Sequence record: PZ445530.1
Strand: one strand, 5' to 3'
DNA length: 64,000 nt
From: a phage
Of this stretch, positions 1 through 10,700 are shown one piece after another (position 1 is the first letter of the stretch; every line of letters starts with the position of its first letter). Position numbers and translations under genes: made by a program. The notes under the pieces were generated by a model. It had not been told where the DNA came from, did not search any database, and saw only the letters and a list, made by a program, of their open reading frames with translations.

Positions 1-476
1 TTGACGAAGTTGGTAATCAACTTGGTATTCTTAGGAATGGACTTTCAGATACTGATTTTCGTGCCACACTAATTATTCAGCAGGCCGCAGCATCAAGGGG
101 CGGGACTCGCGAAGATGTCATCTCCACCTTGCGACAATTGTTCGGAAGAGACAATTTCGATACGTGGAAAGGAGACAACTTCAGGTTTGACATAAATATT
201 AGAAAAACTTGCTTTGACATATTGCAGTCTATCGATCAGATCTTAGATATGCTACCATTACCTTGTCATTTGCGTCTTACAGAATCGCAAGGGCAAGCTT
301 TTGGTTTTGAAGGGGACTCTACAGCTCTTGGCTTCGGATCAGTGTGGGAAGAAAACCAATTCGGAGTTGGTGGGCTGGCTACTTTGCTATATGTTCCTGA
401 CGTAAGACCTGATTGGGACACCACAACCATTTATTGTGAAAGTATTACAGTAAACGCAACTAGACAGGAGGGTTAA
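1..476 (+). CDS. hypothetical protein, 5' end outside window (partial)
   Basis: Reading frame open from window start to stop at 474-476; followed immediately by next gene. Confidence 0.45.
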   Translation, partial: DEVGNQLGILRNGLSDTDFRATLIIQQAAASRGGTREDVISTLRQLFGRDNFDTWKGDNFRFDINIRKTCFDILQSIDQILDMLPLPCHLRLTESQGQAFGFEGDSTALGFGSVWEENQFGVGGLATLLYVPDVRPDWDTTTIYCESITVNATRQEG

Positions 477-2548
477 TGGCAACAGCTGTTTTTAAACCTT
501 ACCGTGATTACTCTACAATGGCTGCACAGTTTCATTACCGCACAGTTCAGGATACTGCCGTTCCTGGTAGAGATTATGATCATGTTGAGGGCGATGTAAC
601 TATCCCAGTTGGGGCAACCAGTATTGAGATCCCAGTGGAAATTGTTGACAAATTACCCAACAGGTTGCCAAGAAGCTTCTTTATGGAGTTTTCATCAAAA
701 TCTCAAGGGGTGATGATTGGAACACAAAGGGCGAAATGTACAATAGTTTCAGATGAGAATCTTGACAGGATATCTTGGGATACTGTTGAGGAGAGAATGT
801 TTCACCCCAGGTATTGGGTTACAACTACTCAGCAGACTGAAAGTACCTGTATTGTTGCAGATAACAACTGTTGTATTAACCGTTTAGTGTCAAGAACATA
901 TGGGGGTATGGCTGGGTGCATTTGGGAAACAGTTGACAAGTATGACCATTTCGGTATTGGGTTTGATGATCACTATGAGATGAGAAACACCAAGCTTTGG
1001 TTCAGAATGTCAATAACCAACGCCAGCAACTTCTCCACTCCTGAAAAGATGATTATGACTGTAGACCTTGTTGATGGCACAATCATCTATGTTCCTTTAG
1101 CTCAATATGCTGTCAGCATCTCAGAGGATAAAAATGTTGCAGAAATTCATATTGATTTTGAGGACTGCGTCGGGATGGACCAGAACAACAACATGATGGG
1201 TGTTGATCCTCGGCAGGTGAGAAGGATTTTAATACCACTTATGCCTAAAGACTGGGTAAGTAATAGCACAGATCCAAGAACGGAAAATGTAGAGTGTGAG
1301 TTGCGCCTAGATCTGCTTCAGCCAGACACAGGCTGGAAAATGATGCAGCTTAATAATATCCAGGTGAGAGAGCACGACGTTGGGATCTGCACCGCATATG
1401 ACGATATGTGGAACGTGTCCCCTTTAAGGGTGTTGAACAATATCAAGCGTCTGGGCTATACCGGAACCATAAACCATTATGTTGGTATGAGTCATTATTA
1501 TGACTACACATGGTCAGGAACCCAATGGTCTATAAACAGAACAGGAGCGCTAAACGCTGCAGCTTATAAATGGCATGATGATTTTATGTACAATGCTAAA
1601 CGACATAACTTCGACGTTATGCAATCTGTAAGTTTTGAGCTTTTCAGCGATGCCTGCCCGTTGGAATGGACCCAAAGAGACTGGAACGATAACTACGCTA
1701 AAACAGGGTATACACCTTGTAGCTACCTCCTGTCTCCAACCATTGAAGAGGGTATGAATTTCCTTACTGCAGTATTTAAGAATTTTGCATCAGCCGCTAT
1801 GAGAAACAACCTGCCAGTGATTATGCAGGTTGGTGAACCGTGGTGGTGGTACAATACCGATACTCGTAGACCTTGTATTTATGATTACCCTACAAAACAG
1901 GCGTTTTATGATGAGACAGGCGAGTATGCATTAGATATTGGGACTATTGACGATCCTAAAACTGGCGGTGTTTACGATAAGTATGTAGCATTTTGTCGTG
2001 GTAAGCTTGGCGCTCGTATTGCGGCTATTTCAAAGGCAATAAAGGCACACGCTGCATCAGCTCAGATGACAGCTCTGCTGTTTTTCCCAACCATTATGGA
2101 AACCGAGCTTACGCAAAAGCTTAACCTTGCTGACCAATATAAAAAGGAAGCAGGTGCTCTTGATTTCTTCTGCACCGAGTGCTACGATTGGGTGATGCAG
2201 GGAGGTATTGAAAAGGCAAAAGAGTCTGTAAACATACCTATCGTTAAGTTAGGTTGGCAACCGTCTGAAATACAATACCTTGCAGGGTTCGTTCCTAGTA
2301 AAGAGCTTGCTCCGGTATATGGTTACGACCCAACCAGGAATTACCAAGAATTTTTATGGAGATGTATTTGCGGAAACATGGCAACTATAGAGTATAGATA
2401 TCCTGAGGTAAAACAGTATGTGTGGGCATACCCGCAAGTAATGTCTGACAGCATCACTGTTACCGCTAGAGATTCTACCGTGCTTCATATGGGGCAGGTT
2501 GCTCTGAAAGGGTATGTAGAAGATGTTGTCCCGCCAGACTTCTCATAA
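476..2548 (+). CDS. hypothetical virion/tail-associated protein (690 aa)
   Basis: Long ORF with AGGAG-type RBS before ATG; heads the tail-fibre block; no catalytic motif recognised. Confidence 0.6.
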   Translation: MATAVFKPYRDYSTMAAQFHYRTVQDTAVPGRDYDHVEGDVTIPVGATSIEIPVEIVDKLPNRLPRSFFMEFSSKSQGVMIGTQRAKCTIVSDENLDRISWDTVEERMFHPRYWVTTTQQTESTCIVADNNCCINRLVSRTYGGMAGCIWETVDKYDHFGIGFDDHYEMRNTKLWFRMSITNASNFSTPEKMIMTVDLVDGTIIYVPLAQYAVSISEDKNVAEIHIDFEDCVGMDQNNNMMGVDPRQVRRILIPLMPKDWVSNSTDPRTENVECELRLDLLQPDTGWKMMQLNNIQVREHDVGICTAYDDMWNVSPLRVLNNIKRLGYTGTINHYVGMSHYYDYTWSGTQWSINRTGALNAAAYKWHDDFMYNAKRHNFDVMQSVSFELFSDACPLEWTQRDWNDNYAKTGYTPCSYLLSPTIEEGMNFLTAVFKNFASAAMRNNLPVIMQVGEPWWWYNTDTRRPCIYDYPTKQAFYDETGEYALDIGTIDDPKTGGVYDKYVAFCRGKLGARIAAISKAIKAHAASAQMTALLFFPTIMETELTQKLNLADQYKKEAGALDFFCTECYDWVMQGGIEKAKESVNIPIVKLGWQPSEIQYLAGFVPSKELAPVYGYDPTRNYQEFLWRCICGNMATIEYRYPEVKQYVWAYPQVMSDSITVTARDSTVLHMGQVALKGYVEDVVPPDFS

Positions 2549-2560
2549 TCAGGAGATAAA

Positions 2561-3601
2561 ATGTCAAAACCTAGTTTTCCATTAGAGATTTGGGCAGAGG
2601 AGGATCAGGTTCTGCCTAACACCCACAGACAGAACAGGCTACGCCCGATTGATGATTTGTGGAGAAAAGGTTGGGATCTTGGTCAAAAGCCCTCATGTGA
2701 AGAACTTAACTATATTTTCAATATGCTCGGGACTTGGGCAAAATACATCGCTGACGAGCAGATCCCCGCTCAAGAAGGCCGTTATCTGGTACGTGATAAT
2801 AACTTGAGTGATCTTTTGAACATTCCTGTTGCCCGTAGAAACCTTGGGATTATTACTAAGGAAGAGGCAGACGCCAGGTATGTAAAAGTTACAGGTGATA
2901 CAATGACAGGCCCATTGGGTTTGCAACGTATCAACTTTAAAGCTGCCGAGTCAGATAAGGCTTGGATAGAGACAACTATTGGCCCAGATAAGACAACTCT
3001 CGACTTTGGGTTAAGTGATAATACCGGGTCGTTTGATGATGGTGGTACATCTACAGTGGATGCGTTCCGTTGGAGATTCCAGCCAACTCAGCCGGATATT
3101 AATCCAGAGTTCACTTTGATGTACCTTAACGCGATCACGGCTAACCGTGCGCTGTTGAAAGTGGTAGGCAATGTTGAAGTTGTCGATAACATGAGGTGCA
3201 ATAACCTTACTATCAGCAATACAGCGACATTCACCAACTGTAATGTGGCTAGTCAGTTGACGGCTGGGTCAGTGTATGTTAATGGTGGTGCAAGTTGTGA
3301 CAGTATGGTTGTAAGAAGCCAGCACTGTGTTGTCGGTAACAGAAATGTGGTTCGCTCTGTGAACGGAGTGACGGCTAACGGTAACGGTGATGTAACGATC
3401 ACTATCCCGCAGACAGGTGTGCAAGACATCAGAATCGGTGCAAGACTTGTGGACGGAGTTTCTGAATCTCCAATCCGCAACGGCTACGTTGTCACAGGCT
3501 GGCATTTCGGTGACAAAAAAGAGATGCGTGGTTCAACCTACTGGGCAGGACCTTTACAAAAACTTGTAAATGGTCAATGGATCACTGTTAATTATGCATA
3601 G
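2561..3601 (+). CDS. tail fibre protein, paralog A (346 aa)
   Basis: RBS caggag before ATG; shares PLEIWA..., DGFRWRFQP, LNAITANRA, RNVVRxVNG and C-terminal QKLVNGQWIT(V/I)xYA with ORF 4616-5659; followed by a Tfa-like chaperone gene. Confidence 0.65.
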   Translation: MSKPSFPLEIWAEEDQVLPNTHRQNRLRPIDDLWRKGWDLGQKPSCEELNYIFNMLGTWAKYIADEQIPAQEGRYLVRDNNLSDLLNIPVARRNLGIITKEEADARYVKVTGDTMTGPLGLQRINFKAAESDKAWIETTIGPDKTTLDFGLSDNTGSFDDGGTSTVDAFRWRFQPTQPDINPEFTLMYLNAITANRALLKVVGNVEVVDNMRCNNLTISNTATFTNCNVASQLTAGSVYVNGGASCDSMVVRSQHCVVGNRNVVRSVNGVTANGNGDVTITIPQTGVQDIRIGARLVDGVSESPIRNGYVVTGWHFGDKKEMRGSTYWAGPLQKLVNGQWITVNYA

Positions 3602-3615
3602 ATCGGAGGACTAGC

Positions 3616-4200
3616 ATGAAAATACTTCAAGAGTTTAAACTTTACCAACCGGGATCTGGCGAATACCGCACCAACAAGGAAACCAAGGAGCTGACCCCTC
3701 AAGAGGTTGAGGATTACACAGCATGCACTGGGTATTTTTTACGTAATGATGATGGCGATTGGTATGTGCAGTCACGAACATTACGACAAGAAAATCCGGG
3801 GTGTATCTTCCTACTTGTTGACGAGAAGGGAATTCTTAAGACATCTACAGAAGAACCTGATGCCTTATGGCCTGCTCCAGGTCTTCGTGTGGTTATCGCC
3901 AAAAAAGAAGAGGTACCAGAAAACATTATGCTTCACCACGACGCTTTGCGTTTAGTTGGTGATGAATTTGTCACAGACAATGAATTCTTTGTTCAACAGG
4001 CAGAGGGTGTCATAGAGACAGAACTTGCTTGGGCTACTGCTAGAATTGGTGCCTATCAAGACATGATTGACCTTGAATATGATCTTACTGATGACCAGAA
4101 ACGTAACATCAGAGATTTGAAAATGTACAGGGTAAAACTTCTTGAAATAGATACATCTAAAGCCCCTGACATTTTCTTCCCGGAGCGACCTACCCTCTAA
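3616..4200 (+). CDS. tail fibre assembly protein (lambda Tfa-like)
   Basis: C-terminus YRVKLLEIDTSKAPDIFFPERP closely matches lambda Tfa C-terminus [22 protein letters not shown] (recalled from memory); positioned directly after a fibre gene. Confidence 0.65.
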   Translation: MKILQEFKLYQPGSGEYRTNKETKELTPQEVEDYTACTGYFLRNDDGDWYVQSRTLRQENPGCIFLLVDEKGILKTSTEEPDALWPAPGLRVVIAKKEEVPENIMLHHDALRLVGDEFVTDNEFFVQQAEGVIETELAWATARIGAYQDMIDLEYDLTDDQKRNIRDLKMYRVKLLEIDTSKAPDIFFPERPTL

Positions 4201-4211
4201 GAGGAGGTGTT

Positions 4212-4526
4212 GTGGAGTTGGATTTGGCGGCATTGTACGGTATCTGCATGGGTACCGTTGTCCCGATCTGTGTATGGGCTTTCAACCAGTGGCACACCAA
4301 ATGGAAAGGCATTTCCAAGAGGTTGGATGAACTGGAGAAAGACCTCATCTTAGTGAAAAACAGTATGGTTACAAAAGATAAACTTGATTCCGTTATCGAG
4401 ACCCGGTTAAGTAAGCTAGAGGCCGATATTAACGACCTTAAGCAGGATGTCAGGACAGATGTCTCCGGTATCCGAGCTGATGTACAAAAGATTTTGCACA
4501 TGCTCGTAGAGCATAGTAAAAGGTAA
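4212..4526 (+). CDS. small protein with N-terminal hydrophobic segment and coiled-coil-like C-terminus
   Basis: GTG start 5 nt after GAGGAGG; hydrophobic N-terminus (LAALYGICMGTVVPICVWAF). Confidence 0.45.
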   Translation: MELDLAALYGICMGTVVPICVWAFNQWHTKWKGISKRLDELEKDLILVKNSMVTKDKLDSVIETRLSKLEADINDLKQDVRTDVSGIRADVQKILHMLVEHSKR

Positions 4527-4534
4527 ACAAAGGT

Positions 4535-4568
4535 CAGAACGGAAAGGACTCCGTTCTTGCATTTTGTT
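4535..4568 (+). terminator. putative intrinsic terminator
   Basis: 7-bp stem AGAACGG/CCGTTCT with 9-nt loop followed by T-rich tract. Confidence 0.4.
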
Positions 4569-4615
4569 CCCTAAAGTGTTAAAATAGTCCTAAGGAATTT
4601 TCTCAGGAGAACGTG

Positions 4616-5659
4616 ATGACTAAACCAGTTATCCCTCTTGATATTTGGGCCAATCAGGATGTTGTGCTTGAAAATACGGGAGAGTTGAATAAGTCTCAAC
4701 CAAAAAAAGAAGAGAGATTGAAAGGTTGGGATATGACACAAAGAGTGGCATGTGAAGTTGTTAACTTTGAACTTCACATGCTTTCTGCGTGGTTGAAGCA
4801 TTTAACAGAAGATGTTGTCCCAGGATGGGATAATAGATTCTTAAGGGTCACTAATAATCTAGCAGACGTTCCAGACAAAGCTGCTGCACGTCAAGTTCTC
4901 AATGTATACTCACCTGAAGAAATGGACGATCTATATGTTGACAAGTCTGGAGACATAATGACTCAGACTCAAACTTTAGGTCTTCAAAGAATCGAGTTTG
5001 CATCTGCGTCAACAGACAGTGCGGCAATATATACCACCATAACTCCAGACAAGACGACGATGGATTTCTGGATTATGGACAACATCGGTGGTGCTGACGG
5101 CACAGACCTTGATGATCCTTCTCACCAAATAGATGGGTTCCGTTGGAGATTTCAACCTTCTGGTGGGCAGCCTGTGTTTTCAGCTATGAAGCTCAATGCT
5201 ATAACTGCCAACCGTGCAAGACTGGCTATCCAAGGAAATCTTGAATGCAACGATGCAAAAAGTTCCTCTGCAAATGCCAATGCGGTCACGATACCAAGAG
5301 CCACTGTTAATGGACAACAATCCTGCGGAAGCGCTCAAATAGGTGGAAGAGTTGATTGTAACGATGAAACCGTCAGGGGCCAATATGCAACAGTTGGTGG
5401 AAGAAACGTGGTCCGCAGGGTAAATGGTAACGGCGCAGACAGTAGCGGTAACCTTACTATCCCTATGCCTAGCAGAGGGGTTGATGATGTAAGGATAGCA
5501 AACCGTTTTAAAACCACCTACAGAGAGTCAAGAGTCTACCCTGGACATGTGATGTGCTCTGGTAACTACGCTTATAAACACCCTTATCAAGGTGATTACT
5601 GGACAGGTGCTATCCAAAAACTTGTAAATGGTCAATGGATCACTATATCTTATGCTTAA
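4616..5659 (+). CDS. tail fibre protein, paralog B (347 aa)
   Basis: ATG after aggaga RBS; paralogous to 2561-3601 with the same conserved blocks and C-terminal QKLVNGQWITISYA. Confidence 0.65.
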   Translation: MTKPVIPLDIWANQDVVLENTGELNKSQPKKEERLKGWDMTQRVACEVVNFELHMLSAWLKHLTEDVVPGWDNRFLRVTNNLADVPDKAAARQVLNVYSPEEMDDLYVDKSGDIMTQTQTLGLQRIEFASASTDSAAIYTTITPDKTTMDFWIMDNIGGADGTDLDDPSHQIDGFRWRFQPSGGQPVFSAMKLNAITANRARLAIQGNLECNDAKSSSANANAVTIPRATVNGQQSCGSAQIGGRVDCNDETVRGQYATVGGRNVVRRVNGNGADSSGNLTIPMPSRGVDDVRIANRFKTTYRESRVYPGHVMCSGNYAYKHPYQGDYWTGAIQKLVNGQWITISYA

Positions 5660-5670
5660 AAAGAGGGTAA

Positions 5671-5937
5671 ATGAAACTAACTCAGTTTTTATGGGGACTG
5701 GTTGCGGCATCTGATGACCCTACGAAAGTGTCCCAAACTAAGCTATGGTCGAACATAGGCATGGCGGTGATGACTGGGGTGTTTATTCATATGGGGTATA
5801 ATGATACGCTTCCTGAATGGTATACGTGGATATACGCGACTTCAGTAGCTTGCCCCCAGCTTATTAGCAAATTCATCTCGCTCCGGTGGGGTTGCCAGCA
5901 CCCTGACCACGTTAAAAACGAAGAGCAAAAAGCTTAA
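5671..5937 (+). CDS. small membrane protein (holin-like topology, function unproven)
   Basis: RBS aaagaggg; two hydrophobic segments (FLWGLVAA..., IGMAVMTGVFIHMGY). Confidence 0.45.
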   Translation: MKLTQFLWGLVAASDDPTKVSQTKLWSNIGMAVMTGVFIHMGYNDTLPEWYTWIYATSVACPQLISKFISLRWGCQHPDHVKNEEQKA

Positions 5938-5946
5938 GGAGAAATC

Positions 5947-7692
5947 ATGGCGCAAGACATGACAAGCTTTGAGCAGGCGGTAGATCAAGTAATTGTTGAT
6001 TCTGAACGTTTGCACCTGATTGTCAACGGTAACGCTGTGGATGAAGTTGTCGTAGAGGATGGGACCACCATCCCTACGGTACGAAAAGCCATGCTTGACA
6101 CCCTTTATTTTAAAACGCCACCGATCCCTTGGGCGTATGGTGCATCCACAACAGTTTTTAACCAGCTGTACGAGTTTAAAGGGGACACAGGCCCTCAGTG
6201 GTGGTACGCTCCCGCAGCATCAAAATCTAACCCGGTTAGAATGCCAGCAGATCCTTCACAATCTCCAAACTGGAGATTATATACCGATTCTGCAGTAATG
6301 GCAAAATACTACGCAAAACTTAACAGTCCGAGGTTCGAAGGTGACCCGCGAGTACCTACGCCTCCAATGGACGACAAATCCGAGTCTATAGCAAACACAG
6401 AGTTTGTTGTTGACTATGTGGATAGCATATTTGAAGCCATGGAGGGAATGAAAGTTACTGTAGGGTCTTTGGTGGTAAAAGGTCTTACAGAACTTGCTAA
6501 CACTATAGTTGGTGGCACACTCACCTTACATGGGCCTGTTAATGGAGCAGATTCTACTGCACGCTTCAGGAACCTAATCCTCACGGCAAATACTTCTACA
6601 CTTACTTTTGCGTGGAGTGATCCTAAGCATGCAGACTGGAGAAGCACAGAGCTGCAACCTCATAAAGTGTCCACCCACAGGGTTATAGCTGACACTATAA
6701 CTTCTGGGAAACCAGTGGCTAATAATAACGATGTGCATTTTGATGGTATAGGTAATAACTTTTTTGACTACGTGTACATTCGTGGTAATGCCATGAAGGC
6801 AGCAACCGAACCGACATTGCAGGTAGATGGAACCACCAGGGTTAAGAACCTTGAGGTGACAGGCACTGTTACAGGGATAACATACTCTGTCGATGGCACC
6901 ATGATCTACCCTAGCTATATTGAAAGCACGGGTGATGCATTGATAAATGGCGATTTGGAGGTTGGCGGGTCTGTAGTTATTCGAGGTACAGCCTCTATCC
7001 AAAATATAGCTCTGAATACTCTAAGAGTCAATGAGCGTGCAACTTTTGAAGGAGAAGGGCTTACAGCCAATAAAGGTACAATTACCGAGCTGACCACCAC
7101 CACTTTAACTGCAACAACTGCAAACTCTGAAAACTGCAACATTACCAGAAACTTGCAGGTAAATGGAGATGTTAGTTTAAACGCCGCAGGGACTGGCACC
7201 ACCTACCTTCACAATCTTGAAATATCCGGCACAGTGACCGGATGGCTGCCAGACTTCTCTAATGTCAACTTTGTCTGTAATGGCATTAACTCCAGTGGTA
7301 AGATAACCACCTCTCAAGAAATTGAGGCTGGTAAAACCATCACTGCCCCTACTTTCCACGCAGGAAAGGTAGATTTTGACTTAGAGGAGGTTGACGCGTC
7401 CAGTGGGACATGGACACCTAACGGGCAGGCCAGTATGTATGTTGTCCACGCTAAAGGGGATTTTACAATAGGTCAGTGGCCTGGGACATCAGCGGAAGAT
7501 AAACCTTATCCATTCACTGCAGTTATCTATGTCATTCAGGATGCTGTAGGTCACAACGTGACTTTGCACGATAAGTATGCTATCCTGTCGGCAACACCTG
7601 TTATTAACAACAGGGCTAACAGTGTTACCTTGCTGCAATTAACGTATTGTGGTGTTGGTGATATTGTAGACGTAGTAATTGCACAACGTTAA
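5947..7692 (+). CDS. tail fibre / receptor-binding protein (581 aa)
   Basis: RBS taaggag; Thr/Gly/Asn-rich repetitive beta-rich sequence typical of fibres. Confidence 0.55.
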   Translation: MAQDMTSFEQAVDQVIVDSERLHLIVNGNAVDEVVVEDGTTIPTVRKAMLDTLYFKTPPIPWAYGASTTVFNQLYEFKGDTGPQWWYAPAASKSNPVRMPADPSQSPNWRLYTDSAVMAKYYAKLNSPRFEGDPRVPTPPMDDKSESIANTEFVVDYVDSIFEAMEGMKVTVGSLVVKGLTELANTIVGGTLTLHGPVNGADSTARFRNLILTANTSTLTFAWSDPKHADWRSTELQPHKVSTHRVIADTITSGKPVANNNDVHFDGIGNNFFDYVYIRGNAMKAATEPTLQVDGTTRVKNLEVTGTVTGITYSVDGTMIYPSYIESTGDALINGDLEVGGSVVIRGTASIQNIALNTLRVNERATFEGEGLTANKGTITELTTTTLTATTANSENCNITRNLQVNGDVSLNAAGTGTTYLHNLEISGTVTGWLPDFSNVNFVCNGINSSGKITTSQEIEAGKTITAPTFHAGKVDFDLEEVDASSGTWTPNGQASMYVVHAKGDFTIGQWPGTSAEDKPYPFTAVIYVIQDAVGHNVTLHDKYAILSATPVINNRANSVTLLQLTYCGVGDIVDVVIAQR

Positions 7693-7701
7693 TATATCTA
7701 A

Positions 7702-7726
7702 CCGCTCCTGACGGGGCGGTTTTCTT
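7702..7726 (+). terminator. intrinsic terminator
   Basis: CCGCTCC-TGAC-GGGGCGG hairpin followed by TTTTCTT. Confidence 0.6.
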
Positions 7727-7740
7727 ATCTGGAGAACACA

Positions 7741-10700
7741 ATGCTTCCAATCCCTTTGCTAAAACTTGGTCGTCATTTCCTCGATAAGAGGGGTGGAATT
7801 AAGGAACTTGCTGTTCTGTCATACCCAATAGACAACAGTGATGGTACAAGCAACACAGTATCCTATGTAAATAGCTTGGCTATACTTTTTGATGATGGTC
7901 AGCTTAATATTACGGGCTATAACAAGTTCGGGGAGTGTCGCACTGGGGATCGTAACCCTATAAACTACCCAAGCGAAACAGCCTGGAATGTTGATCATGT
8001 GTGGAGAGCAGACCGTGCGTTTGTGATCCGGACTTTTGATAACCAGTTTTTCTACATCGGCTGCACTGCAGGTCTTATCGGATCCACTGCGGCAGGCGGT
8101 AATGATGTTTGCGTAAACGAGTGGACACCTCTTCCGGAACAGATTGTTAAAGGGTTGCACCTTGACACCCACCCAGAGCGCCTTATTGAGGTGATGGGTG
8201 GTATTAACAACACTGTCTGGGTTATTGCAGAGGCAGAAGGCACTGGCATACTTAAACTATATGGATCTGGTAACAACACCTACGGATCTTTGCATGTAGA
8301 TAAAAATCAGCATGCAACCCCTGTAAAGATTGGTGAGACATCGGAAAATCCGGAAACAGGTCCTTGGAAAAACCCAAGCATCAACTGCGAGGTGCATGAC
8401 AACTCTGTTATTTTCGGTGGTCCTAGAGGCTTCTGGATTGCTGGATACGACTTTCTAAGAAATAACAGTAGAAACGACCTTGTTTGGCCTCCTGTGCAGA
8501 TTACTCGTAACGATTTGAGGGGCATTCCTGCAGATGAAGAGTGGAAAGGGTTTATGTGCGGTCCTAACGGGGCAATAATTGCCACACAGAGGATGCACAA
8601 ACCAAATGACCAGCAGCTTGTTAACGTATTCTACGGGCAAGACGTTTGGGGAGATGACACGTGGCGTTCCTTAAATATCACCTACACCCATGAGGTGATA
8701 ATGGCTCGTGGATACGGCACAAGTGGCATTTTCTTCAATAATGGCACTAAACAGTATCGTGGATTCTCTCGCAACTTGTGTAATGATATTGGTGCACAAT
8801 CTGCAAACAATAGCCCTAGGGCTAATTTTATCCACTATCAGGCTCTTGCTACAGCTAAATATGTTGAGCAACGCCTGCCAGTTAGCTGGACAGAGAGTGT
8901 TTATTTCCAAGGCATCCACAGGGAAGGTTTCTTAGGAACCTTTACTGTTGTTAATGGCAAACTTTGGTGGTCAGGCATCCCAAGGGGGAGTTTTGCAGGA
9001 TCTAACAACCTCTTTGGCGGCAGACTTAACAGCCAAGGGTTCACAGAGATTCCGGAGAATTGGTATAAAAATGTCCCGGTAGATAGCTGGGGTATCGAAG
9101 ACATCTTTGATGTCAATGGTGTGAGCAATGTTAGCAACATTTACATCGGAGATACTGTCAAGATGAAATTGAAACCTCAGCCGGAGGGTGCTACGTTCAT
9201 TATTGACAAGATTGAGTTGGTAAATGCTGCAGGCACTGTTGTTACAGATGCAAACTATCAGTTCTCCACTAACTGGAACCATGGTGGTGCTAACGAAGTT
9301 GTGGTCACCCAGTATAACCGTAACATCAACAGACGTGGTTTGTATTCTATCAAGATCACCTACCATGACAAGCATGGCACTGGAAGAACCTATACGACAA
9401 GAACTTTGAACTGGAACACTATAGTTCCTGCGTATCCGTCCAACGGCAAGTGGCATACCGTTGGTAGAAACAAGCAGTTCCATGTTAACGATACTGTATA
9501 CTTTGGGCTGAATGGGACCCAGCCTGCAGTAGAAGGGGATACATCGTATATGGTCAGACTCCACAGAATGGATGCTGGATCAGTCACTTATGATGTGACC
9601 CAAGAGATCTACGATCAAAGACGTGCCACGTATGACAATATTGTAAAAACACAAGCCTTGTGGGAGTTCAATCCTAATGGCAAGGGTGGTAAAATGTTGC
9701 AGGTTAATGAGCAGAACGGAACGTCGTTGACTGTTCACGAACACCCAGACCCTTGGCCTGATCCTGGAAAACCTCACCCGAGAGCTCGTACACTGAAAAT
9801 TGTCAGCCATGATGCAGGATATTTCGGAATACGCTGGGAAGCTACAGTAAGATATGTCGACGGGACAACAAACAACATAGGGATTACACTTGGCGGCACT
9901 AGTGAAGATAACTCGCTGAAAATTGCCTACACGCCCAGAGGTATCTCTATTGATAGTATGGATGTTGTTCGCAATGGCTACGGCGATGTGAATGTCAAAG
10001 TTACTCTTGGCGAACATCTTGGTGGGGAAAGGATCATCATGTATGCCTTTGATCATGATCCACGCACCAATGGAACTTATGCAAATCAGGCATGGAGTTA
10101 CCTGATAAATGCACCTGAGCCGAATACTAAAGAGTTCTACTATGGTATGAAGCGAGATGTGTGCAAGAAAACAGGAACACATGACTGGATTGCTATCTGC
10201 GTTAAAGATGAGCGCACAGCTTGGGATGAGCCTGTTAACAGATGGTTCATAGGTATTCCTACCAGAAGTGATAAGTATGTCGCAGAATATATTGTATGCA
10301 TGGGCGGTACCAACCTAAACATGTGTTGGAACGAAGATGTAAACAAATACTCTGATTATGACTATATGAGGGATTACTCTTGTAATTTGTGGTTTAACCA
10401 AACTACAGGTTACCCTCCAAGACAGGCGAGAGTAAACCCTGCAATCTTCACAGACACGCAGGTTTTCTTGACAAAACAGGCCAACGAGGTTCAGACCTTC
10501 AAGAATAAATACGATCCTAACAAGTGGTTCTACAACTGTTACGGCGCATTTTTCTGGGGACCTGGTGAGTTACCTGGTGGGGGATCTTGCTTGAATGAGG
10601 CAACTTACGCAAGTGACTACATCATGGGGCAGGTCAAGAAGTATAAGATAATCCCCGGTCCTGAGACTTTGGGCAATGCCGTTGACCCTTATATCATCAT

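Noticed and set aside
8971-10182. Minus-strand ORFs (8971-9564, 9580-10182 and others) inside the 1875-aa gene
   Set aside because: Fully antisense to a long, well-supported coding region, with no RBS; typical shadow ORFs. The same applies to antisense ORFs inside the helicase, polymerase, primase and rIIA genes.
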